Origin: an uncultured archaeon
GTDB taxonomy: Archaea > Asgardarchaeota > Lokiarchaeia > Sigyniarchaeales > SOKP01
Assembly (NCBI GenBank): GCA_964508365.1
Contig: CAZDTP010000076.1
Span: forward strand, 1-15,288
Direction of reading: 5' to 3'
DNA length: 15,288 nt
This document shows positions 7,187 to 15,288 of the stretch, piece by piece. Both the position numbers and the translations under genes were made by a program. How positions within the stretch are numbered: position 1 is the stretch's first letter; each line of letters opens with the position of its first letter. Under the pieces are notes generated by a model that worked only from the letters and a program-made list of their open reading frames with translations, searched no databases and had not been told where the DNA came from.

Positions 7187-10042
7187 ATGACAGAAATTAA
7201 ACAGATTAGCGCACACTCGGAGAATGTTGATAAAGTTATAGAAGCATTCGGTACTTCAATTGAAAAAGGTTTGTCTGAAGCTGAAGCACAATCAAGAATT
7301 GAAAGATATGGGAAGAACGAACTAATTAAAGAAAAAGGAAAAACTGCTCTCCAAATTTTCATTGGGCAATTTAAAAGTTTCCTCGTATACTTACTTATGT
7401 TTGCAATTGCAATTTCAATTATTATTGGAATTTGGGAGGGTGCCCAGCCTGGTGCTGAAGATTGGTCTTCGGAATATACAGACGCAATTGTAATTTTAGC
7501 GATTTTAATTGTAAACGCAATTTTGGGATTTTATCAAGAATATCAAGCTGAAAAGTCTATGGAAAGCTTAAAGAAGCTAGCGCCCCATTTTGCTAAGGTT
7601 CGTAGAGATGGCAAGGTGAATGAAATTGCAGTAGAAGATGTAGTTCCAGGAGATATAGCTCTTGTTGAAGATGGGGATAAATTCCCGGCAGATATAAGAT
7701 TCATAAAAGAATTCTCTCTCTATGTTGACGAGGCTATTTTAACTGGAGAATCAAAACCTGTTAAAAAACACCTAAAAATCGTAGACGAAAAGATGATTTT
7801 AGCTGATAGAACTAATCTTGGATATATGAATACTATAATTACCAGAGGAAATGCAGAGGGCGTTGTAATTGGAACGGGAATGAATACTGAGATAGGAAAA
7901 ATCGCTGAAAGCTTGCAAAAAGAAAAAGTTGAACCTAGTCCTTTTCAAGTAGAGGTAAACCGTTTTGGAAAACTATTAGGGATAATAATTCTATTGATTT
8001 GTGCTGGTGTGTTCGTTACAGAAATAATTATAATACTAGCGACTGAGGGTTTAGCATTCACTTCTCAAGAAATTGAAGAAATCATTCAAGCACTAAAAAT
8101 TTCTATAAGTTTAGCAGTATCAGCAGTTCCAGAGGGTCTCGTTGTTGTCATTACTGTGGTTTTAAGTATAGGTATGAAAAAAATGGCTGGTAGGAACGCG
8201 TTAGTTAGGAATTTAACGGCTGTAGAAACACTAGGGCGAGTGAATGTAATTTGTTCAGATAAAACAGGAACGCTCACGAAAAACGAAATGACAGTAGTGA
8301 AAATGTATTTAAACGAAACTGTGTTTGATGTAGAGGGTGTTGGATATAATTTAACAGGTGATATTAAAGAAAATGGGAATTCAGTTGTCATGAATGCCGA
8401 TCTTAAACGTTTCTTGGAGGTTTGCCTATATTGTAACAATTCCAATGTAAATATTCTCGATCAAAAAACTGGAGAAGTTAGTGTTGTCGGTGACCCTACT
8501 GAAATTTCTATGAAAGTTCTCGCCTTAAAGACAGGTTTAGACGAATATTTTGAAAAATTGGATGAAGTTCCTTTTGATTCTGATCGGAAAATGATGAGCG
8601 TAGTGGGTAGATTAGATGGTAAAACATTTGCTTTAATAAAAGGAGCTCCAGATGTACTGATGAGGAATGCTACCTATATTTTAGAAAATGGGGAAATCAA
8701 ACCTATTGGTACCGCTATGGATAAATTATCGAATAAAAATGAGGAGTTTGCAAAAAATGCTTTGAGAGTTCTGGGAGTAGCTTATAAGGAATTAGAGCCA
8801 GGGTACGATCTTAACGAAGTTGAGAAGGATTTTACCTATATAGGTTTAGTAGGGATTATTGATCCTGCTCGTGATGAAGTTAAATTGGCGATTCGCGAAG
8901 CCAGAATGGCTGGAATTCGCACTATCATGATTACGGGAGATCATAAGATTACTGCCATAGCGATAGCTCACCAGATTGGTTTAACTGAATCAACTGAAGC
9001 TATAACAGGCGTAGATTTAGAAGCTATGGATGATGACGAATTATTAGAAAGAGTTAAAACTACAGATGTTTTCGCGAGAGTTACTTCTGAGCATAAACTG
9101 AGAATTTTGAAGAAACTAAAAGAGCTCGGTTTAATAGTTGCAATGACGGGAGATGGGGTCAATGACGCTCCAGCTGTAAAAGGAGCTCATGTAGGCGTAG
9201 CTATGGGTTTGAAAGGTACGGAGGTTACTCAGGAGGCTTCGGATATGATCCTTATCGACGATAATTACGCAACGATTGTAAATGCAATCGAAGAAGGGAG
9301 AGGTATTTTTGAGACGACCAAAGGATTCTTCCGTTATATGTTAAGTACGAATTTTGATGAAATATTTCTAATTTTAGTAGCGTATATCGTAATGAAATTA
9401 TTCACATCGATTTTTATTGGAATCCCTGTTGAGCCAATTCAGATTCTCTGGTTAAATATCGCAACAGATGGCATTCCAGCGATGGTATTGGGATTCACAC
9501 CCACGGATCCTGATGTTATGAAAGCACCTCCGAGAAAAGGATTTACTTTACTGAAAGAAATTAAAGGTCCTGCATTGCTATTAGGAATTTATACCTCAAT
9601 CACAGATATTACGCTTTATATTCTTCTTTGGGCTGTTCTTATTCCTGCGTGGAGTGTTATTGATCCAAACTTAGCTAATTATGCTGTTAGTGGTCATCCA
9701 GATCAAATATATGCCATAGAGCTAGCACAAACGATTTTATTCACGAATTTAGTGATATGTGAGTTACTATTTGTCTATACATGTACAAGCAATATAAAAC
9801 CGTTCTATTTATTTCCTAATAAGCATTTATTCTGGGCTACAGGACTTTCACTTGGCTTACAGTTATTAATACTTTACACGCCAATAGGCATAGCATTTCA
9901 CGTCGTACCATTGACACAATGGTATCACTGGCTAACTCTTATTCTTGCTGCATTTAGCGTTTCTGTAGTTGACGAACTGAGGAAATATAGCATTAGGTTG
10001 AAATTAAGAAAAGATCCTAATTACCTGCTTAATTCTAAATAA
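7187..10042 (+). CDS. Type II (Ca2+-transporting, SERCA/PMR1-like) P-type ATPase
   Basis: LTGES, PEGL, CSDKTGTLT (phosphorylated Asp), KGAPD, MITGD, TGDGVND; TM motifs STNFDE, WLNIATD and LVICE. Confidence 0.95.
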   Translation: MTEIKQISAHSENVDKVIEAFGTSIEKGLSEAEAQSRIERYGKNELIKEKGKTALQIFIGQFKSFLVYLLMFAIAISIIIGIWEGAQPGAEDWSSEYTDAIVILAILIVNAILGFYQEYQAEKSMESLKKLAPHFAKVRRDGKVNEIAVEDVVPGDIALVEDGDKFPADIRFIKEFSLYVDEAILTGESKPVKKHLKIVDEKMILADRTNLGYMNTIITRGNAEGVVIGTGMNTEIGKIAESLQKEKVEPSPFQVEVNRFGKLLGIIILLICAGVFVTEIIIILATEGLAFTSQEIEEIIQALKISISLAVSAVPEGLVVVITVVLSIGMKKMAGRNALVRNLTAVETLGRVNVICSDKTGTLTKNEMTVVKMYLNETVFDVEGVGYNLTGDIKENGNSVVMNADLKRFLEVCLYCNNSNVNILDQKTGEVSVVGDPTEISMKVLALKTGLDEYFEKLDEVPFDSDRKMMSVVGRLDGKTFALIKGAPDVLMRNATYILENGEIKPIGTAMDKLSNKNEEFAKNALRVLGVAYKELEPGYDLNEVEKDFTYIGLVGIIDPARDEVKLAIREARMAGIRTIMITGDHKITAIAIAHQIGLTESTEAITGVDLEAMDDDELLERVKTTDVFARVTSEHKLRILKKLKELGLIVAMTGDGVNDAPAVKGAHVGVAMGLKGTEVTQEASDMILIDDNYATIVNAIEEGRGIFETTKGFFRYMLSTNFDEIFLILVAYIVMKLFTSIFIGIPVEPIQILWLNIATDGIPAMVLGFTPTDPDVMKAPPRKGFTLLKEIKGPALLLGIYTSITDITLYILLWAVLIPAWSVIDPNLANYAVSGHPDQIYAIELAQTILFTNLVICELLFVYTCTSNIKPFYLFPNKHLFWATGLSLGLQLLILYTPIGIAFHVVPLTQWYHWLTLILAAFSVSVVDELRKYSIRLKLRKDPNYLLNSK

Positions 10043-10182
10043 TAATTTTTTATTTTCATATTATTCTATTTTTAGATTTACTATCAAATTTTTAGTTTTT
10101 TTGGAAAACTTTTAAGTATTACGAGCGATAAATTAAAAATAATAAATAATTATTCATAATTAAATTTAAAAAGTGATATTAA

Positions 10183-11196
10183 ATGGGAATTGACATATCA
10201 GATGGTATTGAAAGTGGTAAAGTAACCGTTAAAGTTCTATCAACCAATGAAACTTCTCTCACTTTATTAGCTGAAGAAAAGTTTAAGGGGAAGGTTACCC
10301 AACCAGGAGCTACTGCTAATAGAGTAGTTGGAGAACACGGATTAGCTATGAGTATTAGTATCGTAGATAATGACGAAAAACATCTATTTTTATTGGATAC
10401 TGGAGGATTATCTCAAGCGATAGTGAATAATAGTAAGCAATTAGGGGTGAATTTAGGTGAAGTTGAAAAATTTGTTTTAAGTCATGGGCATTGTGATCAT
10501 TTTGGAGGAATATCAGAAGTCCTCCCGTTATTTAACAAGGGCACCGAATTTTATTTGAATCCTAATTGCTTTAATCAAAATTATATTGCAATTATGAAAT
10601 CTGGGGAAGTAATACCTGCTGAGGTTTTAGGAGAAAAATTGCGAATATTAGCAAAAGAGGGGAAACTTAGTGTCAACATAAAATTACCACTGCTTAGCAA
10701 AAATTTTATTAATAATTTAGTGGAACAATATGGTATTAATCTGATAGAGACAAAAGAACCGAAAATACTATATAAGGGCATAGTAACAAGTGGCGAAATT
10801 GAACTATTCGATAAAAATGAAATTACTAAAGGATTTTACATTGAAAAAAGTAAAAAAGAATTCGTCCATAATTATTTTAGAGATGAAACTTCAATCTATA
10901 TAAATGTAAAGGACAAAGGTTTAGTAGTCTTAACGGGATGTGGACATTGTGGAATAATAAACACGATCAAACACGGTCAAAAATTAACAGGTGTAGATAA
11001 GATATATGCCGTTATTGGTGGATTCCACGAGGAATGGAATCCAATTGAGAAAGTTGAAGAGAAAGTAAAATATATTGAAGGTTTAAATCCAGAAATCACA
11101 TGTGGAATGCATTGTACAGGTTTTAAATTTAATATGCTTATGTCTAGGCACCCATCACATACTTTAGGAATCGTTGGGACAGAATTCCACCTATAA
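10183..11196 (+). CDS. MBL-fold metallo-hydrolase (archaeal dihydropterin/RFA-P synthase-like family)
   Basis: EHGLAM, LDTG, SHGHCDHFGG (HxHxDH), LTGCGH, IGGFH and HCTG motifs. Confidence 0.88.
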   Translation: MGIDISDGIESGKVTVKVLSTNETSLTLLAEEKFKGKVTQPGATANRVVGEHGLAMSISIVDNDEKHLFLLDTGGLSQAIVNNSKQLGVNLGEVEKFVLSHGHCDHFGGISEVLPLFNKGTEFYLNPNCFNQNYIAIMKSGEVIPAEVLGEKLRILAKEGKLSVNIKLPLLSKNFINNLVEQYGINLIETKEPKILYKGIVTSGEIELFDKNEITKGFYIEKSKKEFVHNYFRDETSIYINVKDKGLVVLTGCGHCGIINTIKHGQKLTGVDKIYAVIGGFHEEWNPIEKVEEKVKYIEGLNPEITCGMHCTGFKFNMLMSRHPSHTLGIVGTEFHL

Positions 11197-11217
11197 AAAT
11201 GGGCTTTTACTTTTAAT

Positions 11218-12309
11218 TTAATTATCGTTCTCTTCAAAATGTTTAAAAAACAATCCTATCCCGATAATTTTGAATGTGTCTTGAACATTTATGTTTTGTA
11301 ATGCTGAGGTTTCTATGAAAAAACTTTTTATTTCTTTAGCTTTTGCTAAACCTTCTTCTTTAGTTACCTCTCTATCATCTTCCTTATCGATTTTATTTCC
11401 GATGAGAACAAAAGGAATATTTCCTAATTCTTTTTTAGCATCTAAAAACCATGAATTTGTCGCTTCTTCAAAAGTATCTCTTCTAGTAACATCGTAAACT
11501 ATGAACGCACAGTTAGCCCCTCTGTAATATTCTCTCCTAACGCGTTTGAAAAAACTTTGCCCTGCTAAATCGTATATTAAAAACTTTATAACTTCATCTT
11601 TAAATCCTTGGAGGTAATATTGTTGTGTAGAAAGACATATACCCAATGTAGGTCTATAATCAACAATATTTTCTTTTTTCAAAAACTGATTTACTAAAGT
11701 GGTTTTTCCAACCGCTCCCTCCCCGAGTATGATTAATTTAAATAATTTTTCTATCTGGTTTTCTTTCGTAATTTGATGAGTAGATTTCACTCCATCAGAG
11801 ACAGGCGTGGATTCCTGAATTGAAAATCTATCTAATCCTAAAGAGAAGGAATCGTGAATGTTTAGATCTGGAACTTCTAGATTATTGAATTTAAAATCAA
11901 AACTGTCTTCAAGTAACTGAGCAATCTTCTCGACAACAAGATATGCAACTGGAAATAATTTATTTAAATTTGTTTCATAATCACAAACTAATAAGAGTAT
12001 TGCTTCAAATCCCGCTTCCAAGTAAATGATACGATTATCGTCTGTTTCAAACGAACCACTACCATAACGACCAGATTTGTATTCCAAACTTACTTTATCT
12101 AGTAACTTTTCAACGATAGCAGTAAATGCACCATAAATATCTTCTTTCTCCTGGTCTTTTTCTATTGTAACTTCTGTTTTTCCATACTTTGCCAAAATCA
12201 AGCCATCATTTGAATAAATGAAAGCTACTATAACATCATCTCGCGATTCTACGAAGTTTTTTAATAGAATCCGAAGATTTTCCTCTTTAGTTGCTGCTTT
12301 AGTTTGCAT
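11218..12309 (-). CDS. Roadblock/LC7 (MglB-like) domain fused to a Rab-like small GTPase
   Basis: The N-terminal ~135 aa have the Roadblock pattern (VIVAFIYSNDGLILAKY...GSFETDDNRIIYLEAGFEAILLLV). The C-terminal part has G1 GEGAVGKT, G2 PTLG, G3 DLAGQ, G4 NKID, G5 ETSAL, and Rab-like YYRGA and IVYDVT. Confidence 0.9.
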   Translation of the reverse strand: MQTKAATKEENLRILLKNFVESRDDVIVAFIYSNDGLILAKYGKTEVTIEKDQEKEDIYGAFTAIVEKLLDKVSLEYKSGRYGSGSFETDDNRIIYLEAGFEAILLLVCDYETNLNKLFPVAYLVVEKIAQLLEDSFDFKFNNLEVPDLNIHDSFSLGLDRFSIQESTPVSDGVKSTHQITKENQIEKLFKLIILGEGAVGKTTLVNQFLKKENIVDYRPTLGICLSTQQYYLQGFKDEVIKFLIYDLAGQSFFKRVRREYYRGANCAFIVYDVTRRDTFEEATNSWFLDAKKELGNIPFVLIGNKIDKEDDREVTKEEGLAKAKEIKSFFIETSALQNINVQDTFKIIGIGLFFKHFEENDN

Positions 12310-12486
12310 TATACAGATAAAATAAGAATTATTGATTAATTTCTAGGTATAGGGGTTTTTTTAGAAATTAGGGTTTCTTTTCTTTAAAAATACTACTCGT
12401 TATATTTAAATTTTTTTTATAATTTAACTACTTATTATAAATCTTAAAACTTAATTTTTAATTAGATATTACTTGAGTTAATTTTA

Positions 12487-13173
12487 ATGAATATTTCCGA
12501 ATTACTTAAAAATAAGATTGAATCAAACCAGACTGTGCTTACTGAATTTGAGTCAAAGAATTTACTAAAGGAAATTGGAATCCCCATTCCAGAACAAGAA
12601 TTAGCAATTACTAAAGAAGAAACTATTGCAGCTGCTAAAAAGATAGGTTTTCCGATAGTATTAAAACTCATGGCTGAAGATATAGTACACAAATCTGATA
12701 CTGGAGCAGTGAAATTAAATATCAATAACGAAGTTGAAATTGCTGATGCCTATGATGAATTAATGAAGATTCCCTCCCAAAGTGAAAAATCAATTAGTGT
12801 ACAAAAGATGGCTGATGAGCCAATAACAGAATTAATAATTGGAATGACAACAGATGCTCAATTTGGTCCCGCTTTAATGTTTGGGATTGGAGGCATTTTA
12901 GTTGAGCTCTTAGAAGATGTAAGTTTTAGAATTGCTCCGATTACGGAATACGACGCCCGAGAACAAATACACGAAATAAAAGGATTTCCAATATTAGATG
13001 GGTATCGAGGCAAGCCAAAAGCGGACATCGATGCGATCGTAAATACATTACTAAAAATATCCGATTTAGTAATAGAACACGAAGAAATAAACGAGATGGA
13101 CTTAAATCCTGTTTTTATCTACGAAAAAGGCTTAGTATGCGTAGATGCAAGGATAATTCTAAAAAAACCCTGA
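12487..13173 (+). CDS. acdB: Acetate/acyl-CoA ligase (ADP-forming) beta subunit, ATP-grasp
   Basis: LTEFESKNLLKEIGIPIP, IGFPIVLK, DIVHKSDTGAV (phospho-His motif), DAQFGPALMFGIGG, EMDLNP, VDARI. Confidence 0.9.
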   Translation: MNISELLKNKIESNQTVLTEFESKNLLKEIGIPIPEQELAITKEETIAAAKKIGFPIVLKLMAEDIVHKSDTGAVKLNINNEVEIADAYDELMKIPSQSEKSISVQKMADEPITELIIGMTTDAQFGPALMFGIGGILVELLEDVSFRIAPITEYDAREQIHEIKGFPILDGYRGKPKADIDAIVNTLLKISDLVIEHEEINEMDLNPVFIYEKGLVCVDARIILKKP

Positions 13174-13189
13174 ACATATTACTTTTCTG

Positions 13190-13591
13190 TCAATAGTTAA
13201 TTTTCTTAACCTTGAGATTTTCCACATCTTTAAAATGAGTTTCCGTCGTATAGATAAATATATTACGAGCTAGTGCTTCAGCAATTATTATAGCATCTAT
13301 TGTTGACAGGGATTTGTACTTACACTTAAGTTCTCCAGCCAGTATTGATGTTTTTTCGCTAACAGGTATAAATTTAATGGTATTACTTTGACGGAGATTT
13401 TCCATTATAACTTGAGCGTTAATTTTTCCTTTTTCCCTGCATATATGAAGAAACAATTCAATATAGTTTAATTCTGAAGAGAGGAAAATGCAGTCGTTTT
13501 TTCTCAAAGTTTTAATCTCTCTTAATGTTAGTTCGTGATTACTTTGATATAAACTAATAACTCCCGAATCAAGAAAGATTGTATTCTTCAT
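13190..13591 (-). CDS. vapC: PIN-domain (VapC-type) toxin
   Basis: IFLDSGVI, ELNYIEL, LSTIDAIIIAEA and YTTETHF match the PIN layout; 133 aa. The start overlaps the antitoxin stop (TAATG at 13593..13589). Confidence 0.85.
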   Translation of the reverse strand: MKNTIFLDSGVISLYQSNHELTLREIKTLRKNDCIFLSSELNYIELFLHICREKGKINAQVIMENLRQSNTIKFIPVSEKTSILAGELKCKYKSLSTIDAIIIAEALARNIFIYTTETHFKDVENLKVKKINY

Positions 13592-13854
13592 TAAATTATC
13601 CTCTGATATAATCTGTCTTTTTCCTCTTCTATTTCTTTCTTGCGTTCTTTAGAGATTTCTTCAACAATCTTTATACCTGTTTCCTCGTCTAAAATTGATC
13701 GTATTTTCTTATCGGAAAGATATGGCAATATTTTAATTCCTTCTAAAGGATGGTCAATAATTATTATTTTATCACCATCTTTCCATCCATATTTCTTCCG
13801 TATTTCTGATGGAATTGTGATTCGCCCGTGGTTGCTTATATTTACTATTGTCAT
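13591..13854 (-). CDS. AbrB/MazE/SpoVT-family antitoxin (VapB-type)
   Basis: VNISNHGRITIPSEIRKKYGWKDGDKIII is the swapped-hairpin signature. The gene lies directly upstream of the PIN gene. Confidence 0.88.
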   Translation of the reverse strand: MTIVNISNHGRITIPSEIRKKYGWKDGDKIIIIDHPLEGIKILPYLSDKKIRSILDEETGIKIVEEISKERKKEIEEEKDRLYQRII

Positions 13855-13858
13855 GTAA

Positions 13859-13918
13859 TATTAATAGACTATTAATAATTTAAATTTGCTTATAATTTTT
13901 AAGATTTGCTAAGCAAAT
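13859..13918. promoter_or_regulatory. Two perfect palindromes upstream of the toxin-antitoxin operon (candidate autorepression operators) flanking a TATA-like box
   Basis: TATTAATAG-A-CTATTAATA at 13859..13877 and ATTTGCT-A-AGCAAAT at 13904..13918. TTTAAA lies at 13879..13884, 25-30 nt upstream of the antitoxin ATG. Confidence 0.55.
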
Positions 13919-14015
13919 GTAATTTTTAATTTCTGTTCGTAAAATTTTTGGGATGTGCATTCAATTAAATCCAAGTATCTAATGTACTCGAGTTTTAACT
14001 AATTTGCTGCGTTTA

Positions 14016-14942
14016 TTATAATAAAAATTTATCTAATTTAAGCTGGTCTTTGATTTCGTTGATTTTCTTCCTAGCTAAATCAACATATTCTTGAGAGATA
14101 TCATAACCAACATAACGTCTATTAAGTTCAATTGCTGCAAGAGCAGTTGTGCCGCTACCGATAAAGGGATCTAAAATTACATCATTTTCATAAGAATACA
14201 ATTCGATTAATCGTCGAGGGAGCTCAATTGGAAATGGCGCAGGATGTCCAACTTTTTTAGCAGAAACAGCAGAGAAATTCCAAATTGATTTAGACCATTC
14301 GACAAAATTTGATTTCTCAATAGTATTTTTTTTTTCACCTTTTTCTAATCTATTCGTAATTTTTGAAAATATTAGAATATATTCGTGCACGTCTCTAAGA
14401 CATGGATTACTCGCAGATGCAAAAGATCCCCATGCTGTAGACACTCCTGCAGAAGCAGCTTTATTCCAGATAATCTCACCTCGCATATGAAACCCAATTT
14501 TATGCATAATATCAATTAAATATGCATGAAGTGGGATATATGGTTTCCTACCGATGTTTGCGATATTAATAGCAGCTCTACCGCCGGGTACTAGAACTCG
14601 CCATGTTTCTTCGAAAACCTCCTTTAGTAGATTTAAATAATCTCTAAGACTTAAATCATCATCGTATTCTTTTGTAACATCATATGGGGGAGAAGTAATC
14701 ATGAGATGCACTGAACTATCTTGTAATTGATACATTCTCTTACTATCTCCTAATAATATATTATCAATAATATCTTCAGGTATAAGTCTGGAATTATCAA
14801 TATATAGTGTTTTTCGCGGTTTTGGTAAAGTTTGGTAAAGTTTAGAATTATAAAATTGAGAAGCATCGTGACTTTCTCGTTTGGATACCCCAAAAGAACT
14901 TGTTTTACTCTTTTTATGTGAAGGATTATTTTGATTAGCCAT
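14016..14942 (-). CDS. Site-specific DNA amino-methyltransferase (N4-C/N6-A), beta class
   Basis: Motif IV ITSPPY precedes GHPAPFP and motif I ILDPFIGSGTT, which is the beta order. No restriction enzyme is adjacent within the window. Confidence 0.92.
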   Translation of the reverse strand: MANQNNPSHKKSKTSSFGVSKRESHDASQFYNSKLYQTLPKPRKTLYIDNSRLIPEDIIDNILLGDSKRMYQLQDSSVHLMITSPPYDVTKEYDDDLSLRDYLNLLKEVFEETWRVLVPGGRAAINIANIGRKPYIPLHAYLIDIMHKIGFHMRGEIIWNKAASAGVSTAWGSFASASNPCLRDVHEYILIFSKITNRLEKGEKKNTIEKSNFVEWSKSIWNFSAVSAKKVGHPAPFPIELPRRLIELYSYENDVILDPFIGSGTTALAAIELNRRYVGYDISQEYVDLARKKINEIKDQLKLDKFLL

Positions 14943-15139
14943 TGATTATACTATATTAGCACGAAATATTTATAATATTCATTAATAAAATGTGATTTCC
15001 TCTTAAGAATTTTATTTGATATTTAAACAACTTTGATGATTTGTAAAAAAAAAGAAATTATTATATTCAAATTACGCGATTAATCTAATATAGTGGATAT
15101 AGTACTAACCAATAAATAAAAAATATATTTTTGATAATT

Positions 15140-15288
15140 ATGAAATTCGTTAAATCTAATCATAAAAAAAGACTCCTCGTCCTTATCTTATTATCTTTCG
15201 GAATGATTTTTGCCAGTATTGATTTTTCATCTCTTAACTTTCCTTGGAATTTTAACTCAATTAACAATGAAGAAAATACAAATATAGA
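15140..15288 (+). CDS. N-terminus of a secreted or membrane-anchored protein (runs off the window edge)
   Basis: Not in the track. ATG at 15140 gives MKFVKSNHKKRLLVLILLSFGMIFASIDFSSLNFPWNFNSINNEENTNI, open to the end: basic N-region followed by a hydrophobic core. Confidence 0.65.
   Translation, partial: MKFVKSNHKKRLLVLILLSFGMIFASIDFSSLNFPWNFNSINNEENTNI

Noticed and set aside
2255-13858. Other short track ORFs (2255-, 2308-, 2922-, 4282+, 7147-, 8086-, 8968-, 10581-, 10977-, 11291+, 12462-, 13640+)
   Set aside because: All lie antisense to well-supported genes and show shadow composition with no recognisable motifs.
1-15288. CRISPR arrays, tRNA/rRNA genes, transposases or terminal inverted repeats
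   Set aside because: No regularly spaced repeats, no cloverleaf or long GC-rich RNA-like segment, and no transposase or integrase motifs were seen. The intergenic gaps are short and AT-rich.

Overview
AT-rich, gene-dense archaeal window. A Roadblock-small GTPase fusion, a JAMM/MPN protein, a PCI-like protein and GGTGA ribosome-binding sites suggest an Asgard (Lokiarchaeia-like) genome; this is inference. It holds 14 complete CDSs and two partial CDSs at the edges. The main finding is missed by the ORF track: the 85-aa ORF 6690..6947(-) extends in frame through a single TGA (6953..6951) to an ATG at 7064 with a GGTGA site, giving a 124-aa HesB/IscA-like candidate selenoprotein. Immediately after its stop lies a eukaryote-type SECIS-like hairpin (AUGA-N11-AA-N17-GA, 6686..6651). 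Other content: MPN+/TPR protein, zinc-finger protein with an acidic tail, radical SAM enzyme, PCI-like protein, three-gene membrane operon, SERCA-like P-type ATPase, MBL-fold hydrolase, Roadblock-Rab-like fusion, ADP-forming acyl-CoA synthetase beta subunit, AbrB/PIN toxin-antitoxin pair with palindromic operator candidates, and an orphan DNA methyltransferase. All assignments come from reading motifs by eye; no searches or folding programs were run.
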